Assembly (NCBI GenBank): GCA_963804955.1
Contig: CAWDSQ010000001.1
Location: forward strand, 17,879 to 81,878
DNA length: 64,000 nt
Direction of reading: 5' to 3'
From: an uncultured delta proteobacterium
GTDB lineage: Bacteria > Desulfobacterota > WTBG01 > CAIYCZ01 > CAIRTM01
Part shown: positions 1-9,328 of the stretch, one piece after another
How the letters are laid out: each line of letters starts with the position of its first letter
Position numbering within the stretch: the first letter of the stretch is position 1
The notes under the pieces: generated by a model
Database searches by the model: none
Seen by the model: only the letters and a program-made list of their open reading frames with translations
Told to the model about the DNA's origin: nothing
Position numbers and translations under genes: made by a program

Positions 1-1927
1 GGCATTACGTGACATCCGGTGAAACTCCTCACGGTCGCCAAGAATATGATGGATTGTTTCCACAAATGCATCAACAAGCAGATTTTCATCCTGCTCATCT
101 ATCAGAAACCCGGAGGTGCCATTGTGCACATGCTCATCAATAGCTCCAACATGTGTTGTTATCGGAACAACGCCACAGGCCATTGCCTCCATCAGCACAA
201 GTGGAAATCCCTCGAATTCTGAAGTTATGAGGATTATATGAGCAGCCGAATAAAAATTATTCAGGCTGGCATCATCGAAAATTTCGCCTTCAAAAACGCA
301 ATGCTGCCGATCCTCGGGTGAGACGCTCTGTGCGACATCGCCAATAAGCGAAAAAACCACATCTGGATTTATAGCTGCAAACCTGGCGGCGATTTTGCCG
401 ACCAGATGCACCCGTTTTTCCTTTGTCCCTCTTCCCACATACAGAACACGCATTTTTTCAAAAGATTTTTCTTGATAGTGGCCTGGAACAGGCACTTTAT
501 TTTCAATAATTTTTATTCTGTTTACATAGGCGGGGCTCACGCCGTTTGCGGCGTATAATTGCGAAAAATCATCCAGGATTTTTCTGCTTATCACAACCCG
601 GTGGTCCAGCAGGGGGACAAGCGGCAGCGAATACATTTCCAGTATGCCGGTGAAGGAATGGATTATATCAATTTTTTTTATTTGCTCGGCAAAATACGGC
701 AAACAGTGATAGAAGAGAAACGAATTGCAGCCGAACACCACTGCATTGCCGGCTCTGTTGATAATTTCCGTTAAACATCCGATAACAACAGGGCTCCAAA
801 CGGGGCTCTCGGAAAAAAAAGAAATGTCAAGCAGGCGTGATCCCCGGGAAAAAGCTTTTTTAAAGGCCTTGTTGTTGGATTTGCAGCAGATGATAACTCT
901 TGGTTTATAGGCTTGCAGGCAGGAAATAATGTCGGCATGAACCCGTTCCGCACCGCCGGTATGGTAGTAGGGGCATAATAAGAATATCGCAGGGTCCAGA
1001 GAAACCTGTTTTTTCATAAAAAAACTGCAGAGCCTGCCGATACGCCTGCCGCATGCCAGGAGACCTGTTTTGATATGCTTTTTGAAGGCTTTTCGTGCCG
1101 GGAAAAATCTTCGCAACAGTTCCTGGCGCCTTAATCGGACCAGCTGCTTACGGCACAACAATGCAAACTGCCTGTTTTCCGGATAGGTCAAAGGGCTTGG
1201 CGTTGTTCGGCTGCCGAGGAGCGCAGCAGAAAAAATGAAGACAAGTTTTTTATAGAGAATTCGCGGCGTCCAGCCCTCTCTAATGCTGGCGTGCGGCGCA
1301 TCCCGATATACCGCCAGCGCTTTATCTAAAATCCATACTTCTCCGAGAGGCGCGATTCGCAGCCATAGTTCGTAATCTTCACCAGAAGCAAGCTCAACTG
1401 CTTCGTTCAGCATGCCGGATCGGGATAAAATTGATCGACGTATGATGGCCGTGGAATTGATTATGGAGTTGGTTGCCACAAGCGATGCAAAGGTGATTTT
1501 TCTGGTGGGCGGCATCTGTAAAAAAAAAGGAGCGCCGGTGTCTATGGGGTTCTCGCCATTCCATCTGTAGGCATTAGCGCCGAGAAGGGCGCATGCCGGA
1601 TGTTGGTCCATAAAAGAAAGCTGAGTTTCAAGTTTTTCAGGCAGCCAGAGATCGTCATCGTCAAGGAAAGCAATGAGCGGGGCGCTGCCCTGCCGTATTG
1701 CCCGGTTGCGGGGGGCTGCGGGTGTTCCGGCATGCAGTGCCGGGCAGATACACAAAGCGGCCGTCTTTAAGAAAAGGCGCAACAGCCGCAAGGGTTTCCG
1801 GCGTTTCTCCATCCTCAGCTATAAAACAGCGCCAGTCGGAAAAAGTCTGCTGCTGGACGCTCTTGAGCGTTTCCGGCAGGACCTCTGCCCTGTTGTATGT
1901 GGGCACTATAATGTCAACAAGTGCCAT
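1..1927 (-). pseudogene. Two-domain glycosyltransferase (N-terminal GT2 fused to C-terminal GT4); 3' end runs off the window; one frameshift near 1738-1745
   Basis: ORF 1661..1927 begins MALVDIIVPTYNRAEVL...FIAEDGETPE (GT2 signature). The reading then moves to the frame with codons at 3k+1, which gives HAGTPAAPRNRAIRQGSAPLIAFLDDDDLWLPEKL. I checked that frame triplet by triplet and it has no stop from 1818 down to position 1. Its distal part reads LLCPYYHTGGAERVH ... MRVLYVGRGTKEKR ... ILITSEFEGFPLVLMEAMACGVVPI (GT4 E-x7-E motif). Confidence 0.8.
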
Positions 1928-2627
1928 AGCGTTCTTAATTCTCCGGCTGTTTTTTTGACTTGTTCATGCGGCACATAAGAAGTTAAACAGCTTTTTGATG
2001 TTGCCGGCGGACTTGCAGGGGCAAGCCGCGAAAAAAATCGCTGATGCACTATGGCAGCTGAAGCCGCATCTGAATGAGACCCCTGCCACAATCAAGCGCC
2101 ATACTGTTCCAGTACAGGACGGCCCGAGATGTGTAATTCGTCTGGCCGGCTCGCGCCGACACAAGCACGCTGTCGGGTTGATATGTTTTGCTGAAAAAAC
2201 GATGGTGCTATAAGATTCAATTATTTTTTTACTATTTTGAGTAGTATTCTGGTAGAATATCATATGTTGTTTAAACATGCAAATACACTGTTTCCGTGTT
2301 TTGCTCAGCCGGGCTGTTTTAAAATACATTTAACCAGCACTCACCATAAGCAGGTGAAGTTTTGTTTTTTGCAACGAGACAGAGTACTAAAACGTATGAG
2401 GGTGAAGCGGCTTCGATGGTATTATTGACGCGACTGCAGAGTAACACGTGCGGACAGTAAAGAAGCAAAACGGCTGGATGCGCATATCTTTTGCGGTCAT
2501 GATGACACCGATATGCAGCCTGGCATCATACAAGCGGTTAACGAGTGTGGCGGTCCTGCAAAGCTGTGCGGATCAGTAGGGGCTTTTTGAAAATGTTAAA
2601 GATGCTAAAACCAGATAGAATAAGACT

Positions 2628-3488
2628 GTGCCGGTGAGCACGATCAAAAAGACCATTATGATCAATCAGACAAAACTTATTATTGAGCCCGGCCGGGCTG
2701 AGAAAAATTATTTTGCAGACCTGTGGAGGTATCGGGAGCTTTTCTACATTCTCAGCTGGCGCGATATCAGTACGCGCTACAAGCAGACGTTTATCGGCAT
2801 TCTCTGGGCTTTGATACGGCCTTTTCTAACCATGGTCGTTTTTACCGTGGTTTTCGGCAAACTGGCAAAGCTGCCGGCAGAGGGCGGAGCCCCGTATGCA
2901 ATCATGGTATATGCCGCCCTGCTTCCCTGGCAGTTTTTCGCCTCTTCGCTGACAGAGGCAAGCAACAGTCTTATCGGCAATGCCCAGCTGATTACCAAGG
3001 TCTATTTCCCGCGAATGATAATACCCTCAAGCTCCATCATAACCTGCTTTGTCGACTTTCTCATCTCGTTTGCCATCCTTATTATGGTCATGATATATTA
3101 TCGGTTTATGCCCACGTTGAACATTCTATTACTGCCGGTCTTTTTAGTGATGGCCTTTACCGCAGCGCTTGGCCTGGGGCTTTACATTACGGCCCTGAAT
3201 GTCAAGTACCGGGATTTCAGATATGTCGTTCCTTTTATTGTGCAGCTGGGACTTTATATTTCGCCAGTCGGCTTCAGCAGTTCCATTATACCGGAACAGT
3301 ACAGGCTTCTGTACTGCCTGAATCCCATGGTTGCGGTGATCGACGGATTTCGGTGGGCAATTATAGGCACGGGCATGTTCATGTACTGGCCCGGGTTTTT
3401 TCTTTCGCTTGCCGTTACGATTTTTTTTCTGATACTGGGGATTAGAAAATTTCGTTCCATGGAAAAAAGCTTTGCGGATATGATTTAG
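2628..3488 (+). CDS. wzm: ABC-2 type polysaccharide/O-antigen export permease (Wzm/TagG/KpsM family)
   Basis: 286-aa multi-pass hydrophobic ORF. It carries the signature YFADLWRYRELFYILSWRDISTRYKQTFIGILWALIRPFL and is followed directly by the cognate ATPase. The GTG start at 2628 is uncertain; an ATG at 2658 is an alternative. Confidence 0.85.
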   Translation: MPVSTIKKTIMINQTKLIIEPGRAEKNYFADLWRYRELFYILSWRDISTRYKQTFIGILWALIRPFLTMVVFTVVFGKLAKLPAEGGAPYAIMVYAALLPWQFFASSLTEASNSLIGNAQLITKVYFPRMIIPSSSIITCFVDFLISFAILIMVMIYYRFMPTLNILLLPVFLVMAFTAALGLGLYITALNVKYRDFRYVVPFIVQLGLYISPVGFSSSIIPEQYRLLYCLNPMVAVIDGFRWAIIGTGMFMYWPGFFLSLAVTIFFLILGIRKFRSMEKSFADMI

Positions 3489-3561
3489 CGGGCCGGGAGG
3501 GCCCGCGCAACCAGTGTCCTTTTCAACACTATCTCAGCAATAGCAGAAGGATATTTCGAGC

Positions 3562-4833
3562 ATGTCAGATGTAGTGATACAATCCGAAGGGCTGGGCAAG
3601 TCATATACAATAAGCCATCAGCACCGGGAACGATATACGGCACTGCGCGACGTACTGACCAACAGGGTGAAAAATGCCTGGGGCCGCATCCGTAATTCGC
3701 ACTATTATGATCATGACACTGTTGAGGAGTTTTGGGCCCTTAAAAACGCATCCTTTGAAGTCAAGCAGGGGGACCGCATCGGCATTATAGGGCGCAATGG
3801 CGCCGGCAAATCGACGCTTTTAAAAATTCTCAGCCGCATCACAGAGCCCACGACAGGCAGAGTTGAAATCACCGGCCGCGTGGCAAGCCTGCTTGAGGTG
3901 GGCACCGGCTTTCATCCGGAACTGACCGGCAGGGAAAATATTTTTCTCAATGGCGCCATTCTTGGCATGAGCCAGGCGGAGATTAAAAAAAAGTTCGATG
4001 AGATTGTTGCTTTTGCCGAGGTTGAACAGTTTCTGGATACCCCCGTCAAGAGGTACTCAAGCGGCATGTATGTCCGTCTTGCTTTTGCTGTTGCAGCGCA
4101 CCTTGAATCAGAGATTCTGCTTGTTGATGAAGTGCTGGCTGTGGGGGATGCAGCATTTCAGAAAAAATGCCTGGGGAAAATGCAGGATGTTTCCACTCAA
4201 AGCGACCGGACCATATTGTTTGTCAGTCATAATATGACGGCGATACAAAGCCTTTGCAGCAAGGGGATACTTTTGACAAAGGGCGGCATTCAAAAAATGG
4301 GTGCAATTGACAGTGTGACAAATGAATATTTTTCAAATTTTTCCCACTGCCAGTTGCTCAACGAATGGGACTTCGATACTGCGCCCGGCAATGATGCTGT
4401 CCGGGTTAAAAAAGTGCATATACTGCCCAAGTCAGATGAGCCGGTAATAAATGTAACAACGCCTTTAGAGGTTGTTACGGAATTTTTTATCTGTCAGGAG
4501 AGCGTCACCGTAAAGAGTGTTTCTATGGCACTAAAAAATATTAAGGGTGATTATATTTTTGCTTCCGTTACAGAATGCAACTTCACAAAAGGACTCAATA
4601 GGGCGGCTGTGCAGATACCGGGAAATTTTTTAAATGATGATACGTACACAATCGATTTTTACTTTGTTAAGGATACCACTGTTTTTTTTCTTCATCAGGA
4701 TTGCCTGGTCTTTCAGGTGAACGATATTCCAAGAGCAAGTACGGCGTATTTAGGTAAATGGGTAGGCGCCGTAAGGCCCACTTTGCATTGGAACTGCAGC
4801 CGCCTGGCTGATTATGTAGCGACCGACATTTAA
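3562..4833 (+). CDS. wzt: Polysaccharide export ABC ATPase Wzt with a C-terminal ~170-aa extension (Wzt_C-like glycan-end binding domain)
   Basis: Walker A GRNGAGKSTLLKIL, signature YSSGMYVRLAF and Walker B ILLVDEVLAVGD lie within the first ~250 aa. A further ~170 aa (NEWDFDTAPGNDAVRVKKVHILP...VFQVNDIP...) follows, as in Wzt proteins that recognise a capped chain end. Confidence 0.85.
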   Translation: MSDVVIQSEGLGKSYTISHQHRERYTALRDVLTNRVKNAWGRIRNSHYYDHDTVEEFWALKNASFEVKQGDRIGIIGRNGAGKSTLLKILSRITEPTTGRVEITGRVASLLEVGTGFHPELTGRENIFLNGAILGMSQAEIKKKFDEIVAFAEVEQFLDTPVKRYSSGMYVRLAFAVAAHLESEILLVDEVLAVGDAAFQKKCLGKMQDVSTQSDRTILFVSHNMTAIQSLCSKGILLTKGGIQKMGAIDSVTNEYFSNFSHCQLLNEWDFDTAPGNDAVRVKKVHILPKSDEPVINVTTPLEVVTEFFICQESVTVKSVSMALKNIKGDYIFASVTECNFTKGLNRAAVQIPGNFLNDDTYTIDFYFVKDTTVFFLHQDCLVFQVNDIPRASTAYLGKWVGAVRPTLHWNCSRLADYVATDI

Positions 4834-4994
4834 AGTTCATAGATTCCGAAACCGTGCATGAACGGTGCATCGACTCGGAAAAAAAACTCGGTTGTTACCG
4901 GTCTCCTTGTTTCAGATTTTTTACCAGTACAACCGATCGTTTTCACATATAGGGTCAAAAACTTTCTACACCCCAGCTTTTAAGACAACCGGAT

Positions 4995-5831
4995 ATGAAA
5001 ATTATGGATCATATTTTTAAAATCATGAAAATTATACTCCCTGCATATATTAAAAGATTTTTAGTAAAAACAATATTACCCTATCTTAACAGGGGAAATC
5101 AGAAAAAATATGGCTGCCCGGTTTGTGGAGCTAAGGTAGCAGATTTTAAATTATTATATGATGGTCACCTGAATGGTTTTGCAAAATATGGTTATATATA
5201 TCCCTTATATTACTGGGAGACATTTAATTATGTGAAGTACCGATGCCCTGAATGTGATGCAAGTGATCGCGACAGATTATACGCCCTGTTTTTAGTAAAA
5301 AAATTTGATTCTCTTGATAAATTTAAAAAATACAAATTTATTGATTTTGCACCGGCACCGGCACTTTCGAAAATGATTTCCGGCTTTGATTTTATTGAAT
5401 ACCGCAGCGCAGATCTCATGATGGAGCATGTCGATGACCGTGTTGATATTACCAACATGCAAATCTACAGCGACAACTCTTTTGATTTCCTCTTATGCTC
5501 CCATGTGCTGGAACATGTTGAGAATGATATTCTGGCCATGCAAGAACTTTACAGGATATTAAAACCGGGGGGGTGGGGAATTATTATGGTCCCCATATTG
5601 GTTACACTTGAAAAGTCTCATGAAGATCCTTCCCTTGTCAGTGAGGCCGACAGGTGGAAGTATTTTGGTCAGCATGACCATGTAAGAATGTATGCAAAAG
5701 GGGATTTTATTGACAGGCTCTCTGCCGCGGGTTTCAAGGTTCAGCTCTATGATGTGAATTATTTTTCCGAAAAAATTTTTGAATATAACGGTATTCTTTC
5801 AGGTTCAGTGCTTTATGTTGTCGAGAAATGA
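4995..5831 (+). CDS. Class I SAM-dependent methyltransferase with N-terminal Cys4 zinc-ribbon-like motifs
   Basis: CPVCG...CPECD pairs near the N-terminus. The Methyltransf_11-like core reads FDFLLCSHVLEHVENDILAMQELYRILKPGGWGIIMVP. The gene lies in a visibly AT-rich segment. Confidence 0.75.
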   Translation: MKIMDHIFKIMKIILPAYIKRFLVKTILPYLNRGNQKKYGCPVCGAKVADFKLLYDGHLNGFAKYGYIYPLYYWETFNYVKYRCPECDASDRDRLYALFLVKKFDSLDKFKKYKFIDFAPAPALSKMISGFDFIEYRSADLMMEHVDDRVDITNMQIYSDNSFDFLLCSHVLEHVENDILAMQELYRILKPGGWGIIMVPILVTLEKSHEDPSLVSEADRWKYFGQHDHVRMYAKGDFIDRLSAAGFKVQLYDVNYFSEKIFEYNGILSGSVLYVVEK

Positions 5832-5868
5832 TACCTTCTGCTAATTATATTGCATTAAGGAAATTATA

Positions 5869-6735
5869 ATGAAGGATTCTGTCCTTGTGCTGGTTGCTAA
5901 TGAAAAATATTTGCCATTTGCAAAAAAACTTTTTGGCAATGCCATAGCGGCCGGTAACTGGAAAGAAGATTTGCTTTTAATAACAAATGATGAAAATGTT
6001 AAGCCCTTTAAAATAGGCTCCCGGGATGTGCAGGTAAAACATGTCAGACCAATTGAGGAGAGCGATTTTTCATGGTCCGTGTACAACCAGATTGTTTGGA
6101 ATAAACTCAATCTTTTTGAAGAGGATATGAAGCAGTGGGCACATATAGTCTATTTAGATTGTGATATAACCATTCAGGGAGATATTAATGAACTGAGAAG
6201 GGTTAAAGCTTTTTCTGCAGTGCCATATAAAGCATATAGATTAAATGCGCTTTTTCTCAATAGAGAAAGTCCAACTTATAAAGAACTTTTAAAAAATTTT
6301 GATTTGAACGCTTTACCCCTTAATTCGGGAGTAATGGCATTTCCTTCCAGCATAATAAGCAATAAAACGTATAATGAAATGATTGAATTATATAAAAAAT
6401 ATAAATATATTATGTATAGTGACGATGAGGTTTTAAACCTTTTTTACTATAAAAGATGGAAAAAGCTTAAAATAACATATAGCTACGATTTAGAACATTA
6501 TAAGGAATATTTAATAAATAGAAAACCGCCAAGAATAATACATTATGTTCATGACAAATCATGGCAAAGTGTTATTGATCACGGGTATGGGATTCCAACA
6601 ATATGGCAGGACAACATGTATGAGTTGTTACATATTCGAGTTTACCTTAAATTTCTTTTTAGAAGATTAAAAAGAATAGTCTTTAAACTTGTTTCTAAAT
6701 TTTTATCTTTTTCTGGCTATAAAAAAACAGGATAA
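5869..6735 (+). CDS. Glycosyltransferase family 8-like (retaining GT-A, glycogenin/LPS galactosyltransferase type)
   Basis: DxD region IVYLDCDITIQGDINEL and the downstream LNSGVMAF motif are both typical of GT8. The gene is AT-rich. Confidence 0.65.
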   Translation: MKDSVLVLVANEKYLPFAKKLFGNAIAAGNWKEDLLLITNDENVKPFKIGSRDVQVKHVRPIEESDFSWSVYNQIVWNKLNLFEEDMKQWAHIVYLDCDITIQGDINELRRVKAFSAVPYKAYRLNALFLNRESPTYKELLKNFDLNALPLNSGVMAFPSSIISNKTYNEMIELYKKYKYIMYSDDEVLNLFYYKRWKKLKITYSYDLEHYKEYLINRKPPRIIHYVHDKSWQSVIDHGYGIPTIWQDNMYELLHIRVYLKFLFRRLKRIVFKLVSKFLSFSGYKKTG

Positions 6736-6774
6736 ATTTATTTTTTATTTGCTATAGGAGTCTGTTTTTATTTA

Positions 6775-7566
6775 TTATTTTTTTTGAAAAATACCAATAA
6801 TCATATGACTAAAAAAAGCACTGTTGATATTAAGAAATATTTTTGATATAAAATCGAATTTTTCTAATAATTTTTGTATTTTAAAAAGGGGGTATAATGA
6901 ATATTTTTTATTATGAACGTCTCGCATATGATAATTTCCCAGAATAAATAAAGGATCAAATCCGCCAACATAATTTACATATATTAAATCCAAATTAAAA
7001 TTTTTTCCAATTGTATTTAAGTAGTGTTTGCTCGATATTTTTAAGTTATGATGGCTCAGAAAGGATGTCATTTTGTAATATTTAAACAACATTTTATTAA
7101 TCATTCCCGCCGTATTGGGGATGACGAGCAAAAGATACCCTTTATTTTTCAACAATCTCAAATGTTTTTCAATAATTTCAGTCGGGTCCTCATAATGTTC
7201 TATAAAACCTATTGAATAAACAATATCAAAATAATTTTCTGGCAATTCATCACTTAATATTTCGGTATTATAAATCCTTCCATTTATTCCAAAATGTTTT
7301 AGATTTTCAATTGTAAGTTGATATCCTATGGGCGCCGTATCACATCCTGAAACATTATAAGATAAATATTTGTTGAACCAAGCCAGCCACCTGCCCGGGG
7401 CGCAACCCACTTCAAATATTTTTATATCAGCATCATTAGGCAGATATTTTTGAAAAACATCAAGTAGTGCCTGATTCCAGCGAATTGCCTTATCGGCAAT
7501 GACTGGAATTTTTATTCCATCCCAATATTTGTCCCAAAAATTTTTATCTGCTAATTCATTTTGCAT
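6775..7566 (-). CDS. Class I SAM-dependent methyltransferase
   Basis: 263-aa ORF with FWDKYWD...IKIFEVGCAPGRWLAWF (SAM-binding motif I) and FDIVYSIGFIEHYEDP...LLKNKGYLLLVIPN. Confidence 0.7.
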   Translation of the reverse strand: MQNELADKNFWDKYWDGIKIPVIADKAIRWNQALLDVFQKYLPNDADIKIFEVGCAPGRWLAWFNKYLSYNVSGCDTAPIGYQLTIENLKHFGINGRIYNTEILSDELPENYFDIVYSIGFIEHYEDPTEIIEKHLRLLKNKGYLLLVIPNTAGMINKMLFKYYKMTSFLSHHNLKISSKHYLNTIGKNFNLDLIYVNYVGGFDPLFILGNYHMRDVHNKKYSLYPLFKIQKLLEKFDFISKIFLNINSAFFSHMIIGIFQKK

Positions 7567-7706
7567 AAAATGACGCCAAAATATTTTTATTCTGTTTTAG
7601 TAGTGTTACAATGTTTTGTAAAGAAAACAAGCTGCAAAGATTTGAGCCCTGGTTATGCTGGAAATTTTAAGCGCTGACAGTTCGCTCGCGTCCTAAAACA
7701 TACTTC

Positions 7707-8405
7707 TTACCCCTGCTCCCAATCACGGCCGACTTTCAGTTCTCGCAAATAAAGCTTCAAAAACTCAAGACCTGTTTTTGTGCTCGGGGATCCTTCTCTT
7801 CCATCGATACGGGAATCCTCGTGAGTAGGGAATTCCGCAACTTTCAGCCCTTTTTTAAAACAACGTATCGAACTCTGATATTCAATCGTGTACCCCGGTC
7901 CATCGAGGGCCAGAATGTTCCAGGCGGATTTGGTGATAGCGCGGAACCCGTTGATCGTATCCGTCACAAAACCTGTCCGGTTCCAGGTAAGATTTGCCAT
8001 GAGGTTGAATATATTATTCGCCCATTTCCGCCACTTGAAAAAAAGATCATCTTCCTCATTGTGAGCACCTTTTATCATTCGGGTCCCCACCACCATGTCA
8101 TACCCCTGTTCGAGGAAGGGGCGGAATTTTGGAATATCCAGAGGATCTTCGTTGCCATCCGGGCTGAAAAACAAAAGCGCATCTCCCCGGGCTTTCTGAA
8201 AAGCGACTCGAAATGCCTCGCCCCTGCCTTTTACCGTCTGGCCATGAACCGTTATCCCGCGTTCCCGAAGGAATTCCGCCGTCCCGTCAGTGCTGCCGCC
8301 GTCAACGGCAAAAATCTCATCGACCGCATCCTGCGGGATTCTGTCGAAAACAGCCTTCAGCCCTACAATTTCATTGTAGGTGAGGATCACCAGAGAAATT
8401 TTCAC
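7707..8405 (-). CDS. Glycosyltransferase family 2 (polyprenyl-phosphate sugar synthase-like)
   Basis: MKISLVILTYNEIVGL...EIFAVDGGSTDGTAEFL...LLFFSPDGNEDP. This is the classic GT2 N-terminal fold with a DxD-like motif. Its start overlaps the fcl stop by 4 nt. Confidence 0.8.
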   Translation of the reverse strand: MKISLVILTYNEIVGLKAVFDRIPQDAVDEIFAVDGGSTDGTAEFLRERGITVHGQTVKGRGEAFRVAFQKARGDALLFFSPDGNEDPLDIPKFRPFLEQGYDMVVGTRMIKGAHNEEDDLFFKWRKWANNIFNLMANLTWNRTGFVTDTINGFRAITKSAWNILALDGPGYTIEYQSSIRCFKKGLKVAEFPTHEDSRIDGREGSPSTKTGLEFLKLYLRELKVGRDWEQG

Positions 8406-9328
8406 AGGTTCCTCAAAAACGACGCATACGTGATTTTTACGCCCTGTTCCAGCGTGACGCGTGAAGTCCAGCCGAGGGCTTTCATCCGGCTCACATCGAG
8501 GAGTTTGCGATACATGCCATCGGGCTTGGTTGGGTCGAGTTTTATTTTTACGTCCAGGCCCACCACTCTTGCGATGGTTTCAGCAATTTCAACAATGCTC
8601 AGATCTTCCCCGATTCCCACATTGACAGGGGCTTCGTCAGAATAATGCAACATGAGGTGAAGCAGCCCGTCGGCGCAGTCATCGCTGAGCATGAATTCGC
8701 GCCGGGGCTTCCCGGATCCCCATACTTCGAGCTCATGGTTGCCCTCCTGCTTCAGGCGGTGCAGTTTGAGAATTATGGCCGGCACGAGGTGCGAACGCTC
8801 AAGATCGTAATGATCCCCGGGCCCATAGAGATTGGTCGGAATGGCGGAAATAAAATCACAGCCGTATTGTCTGCGATAGAACTGGCACATCCGCACTCCG
8901 GCAATTTTCGCAATGGCATACCCCTCATTCGTGGGTTCAAGCGGTCCGGTGAGTAGATCCTCTTCCCGGATGAACGTAGTGATGTTTGTCGGATAGATGC
9001 AGGAACTGCCAACAAAGAGCAGCTTTTTTACACCGTGGATACGGGCGGCTTCGATGACATTGCTCTGCATCTGGATGTTCTCGTAGAGAAAAGAGCCGGG
9101 CTCCTGCATGTTCGCCTTGATGCCACCGACTTTTGCAGCCGCAAGAAAAACAAATTCCGGTTTCTCCTTTTCAAAAAACCGGAAGGTCTGCTCCTGACTC
9201 ATCAGATCGAGCTCCTGATGGGTTTTGAGAATCAGATTCTCGAACCCGCCTTTTTGCAACTGTCTGACACAAGCGGAACCGAGCAAGCCGCGGTGGCCGG
9301 CGACATAAATTTTTGCAGTAGGCTTCAT
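8402..9328 (-). CDS. fcl: GDP-L-fucose synthase family epimerase/reductase (Fcl/WcaG)
   Basis: KIYVAGHRGLLGSA...FLAAAKVGGIKAN...LLFVGSSCIYP...LEPTNEGYAIAKIAG...PTNLYGPGD...KPDGMYRKLLDVSRMKALGW is collinear with E. coli Fcl along its whole length. I place the start at the ATG at 9328 (MKPTAKIYVAG), which forms a TAATG overlap with the upstream gene. Confidence 0.85.
   Translation of the reverse strand: MKPTAKIYVAGHRGLLGSACVRQLQKGGFENLILKTHQELDLMSQEQTFRFFEKEKPEFVFLAAAKVGGIKANMQEPGSFLYENIQMQSNVIEAARIHGVKKLLFVGSSCIYPTNITTFIREEDLLTGPLEPTNEGYAIAKIAGVRMCQFYRRQYGCDFISAIPTNLYGPGDHYDLERSHLVPAIILKLHRLKQEGNHELEVWGSGKPRREFMLSDDCADGLLHLMLHYSDEAPVNVGIGEDLSIVEIAETIARVVGLDVKIKLDPTKPDGMYRKLLDVSRMKALGWTSRVTLEQGVKITYASFLRNL

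Noticed and set aside
1964-2428. Several 60-120-aa ORFs in the divergent region between the glycosyltransferase gene and wzm
   Set aside because: They are mutually overlapping and motif-free. The region behaves as a ~650-bp divergent promoter and intergenic region.
2549-2558. ops/JUMPstart-like GGCGGTCCTG upstream of wzm
   Set aside because: It does not match the GGCGGTAG core, and there is no evidence for an RfaH-type system here.
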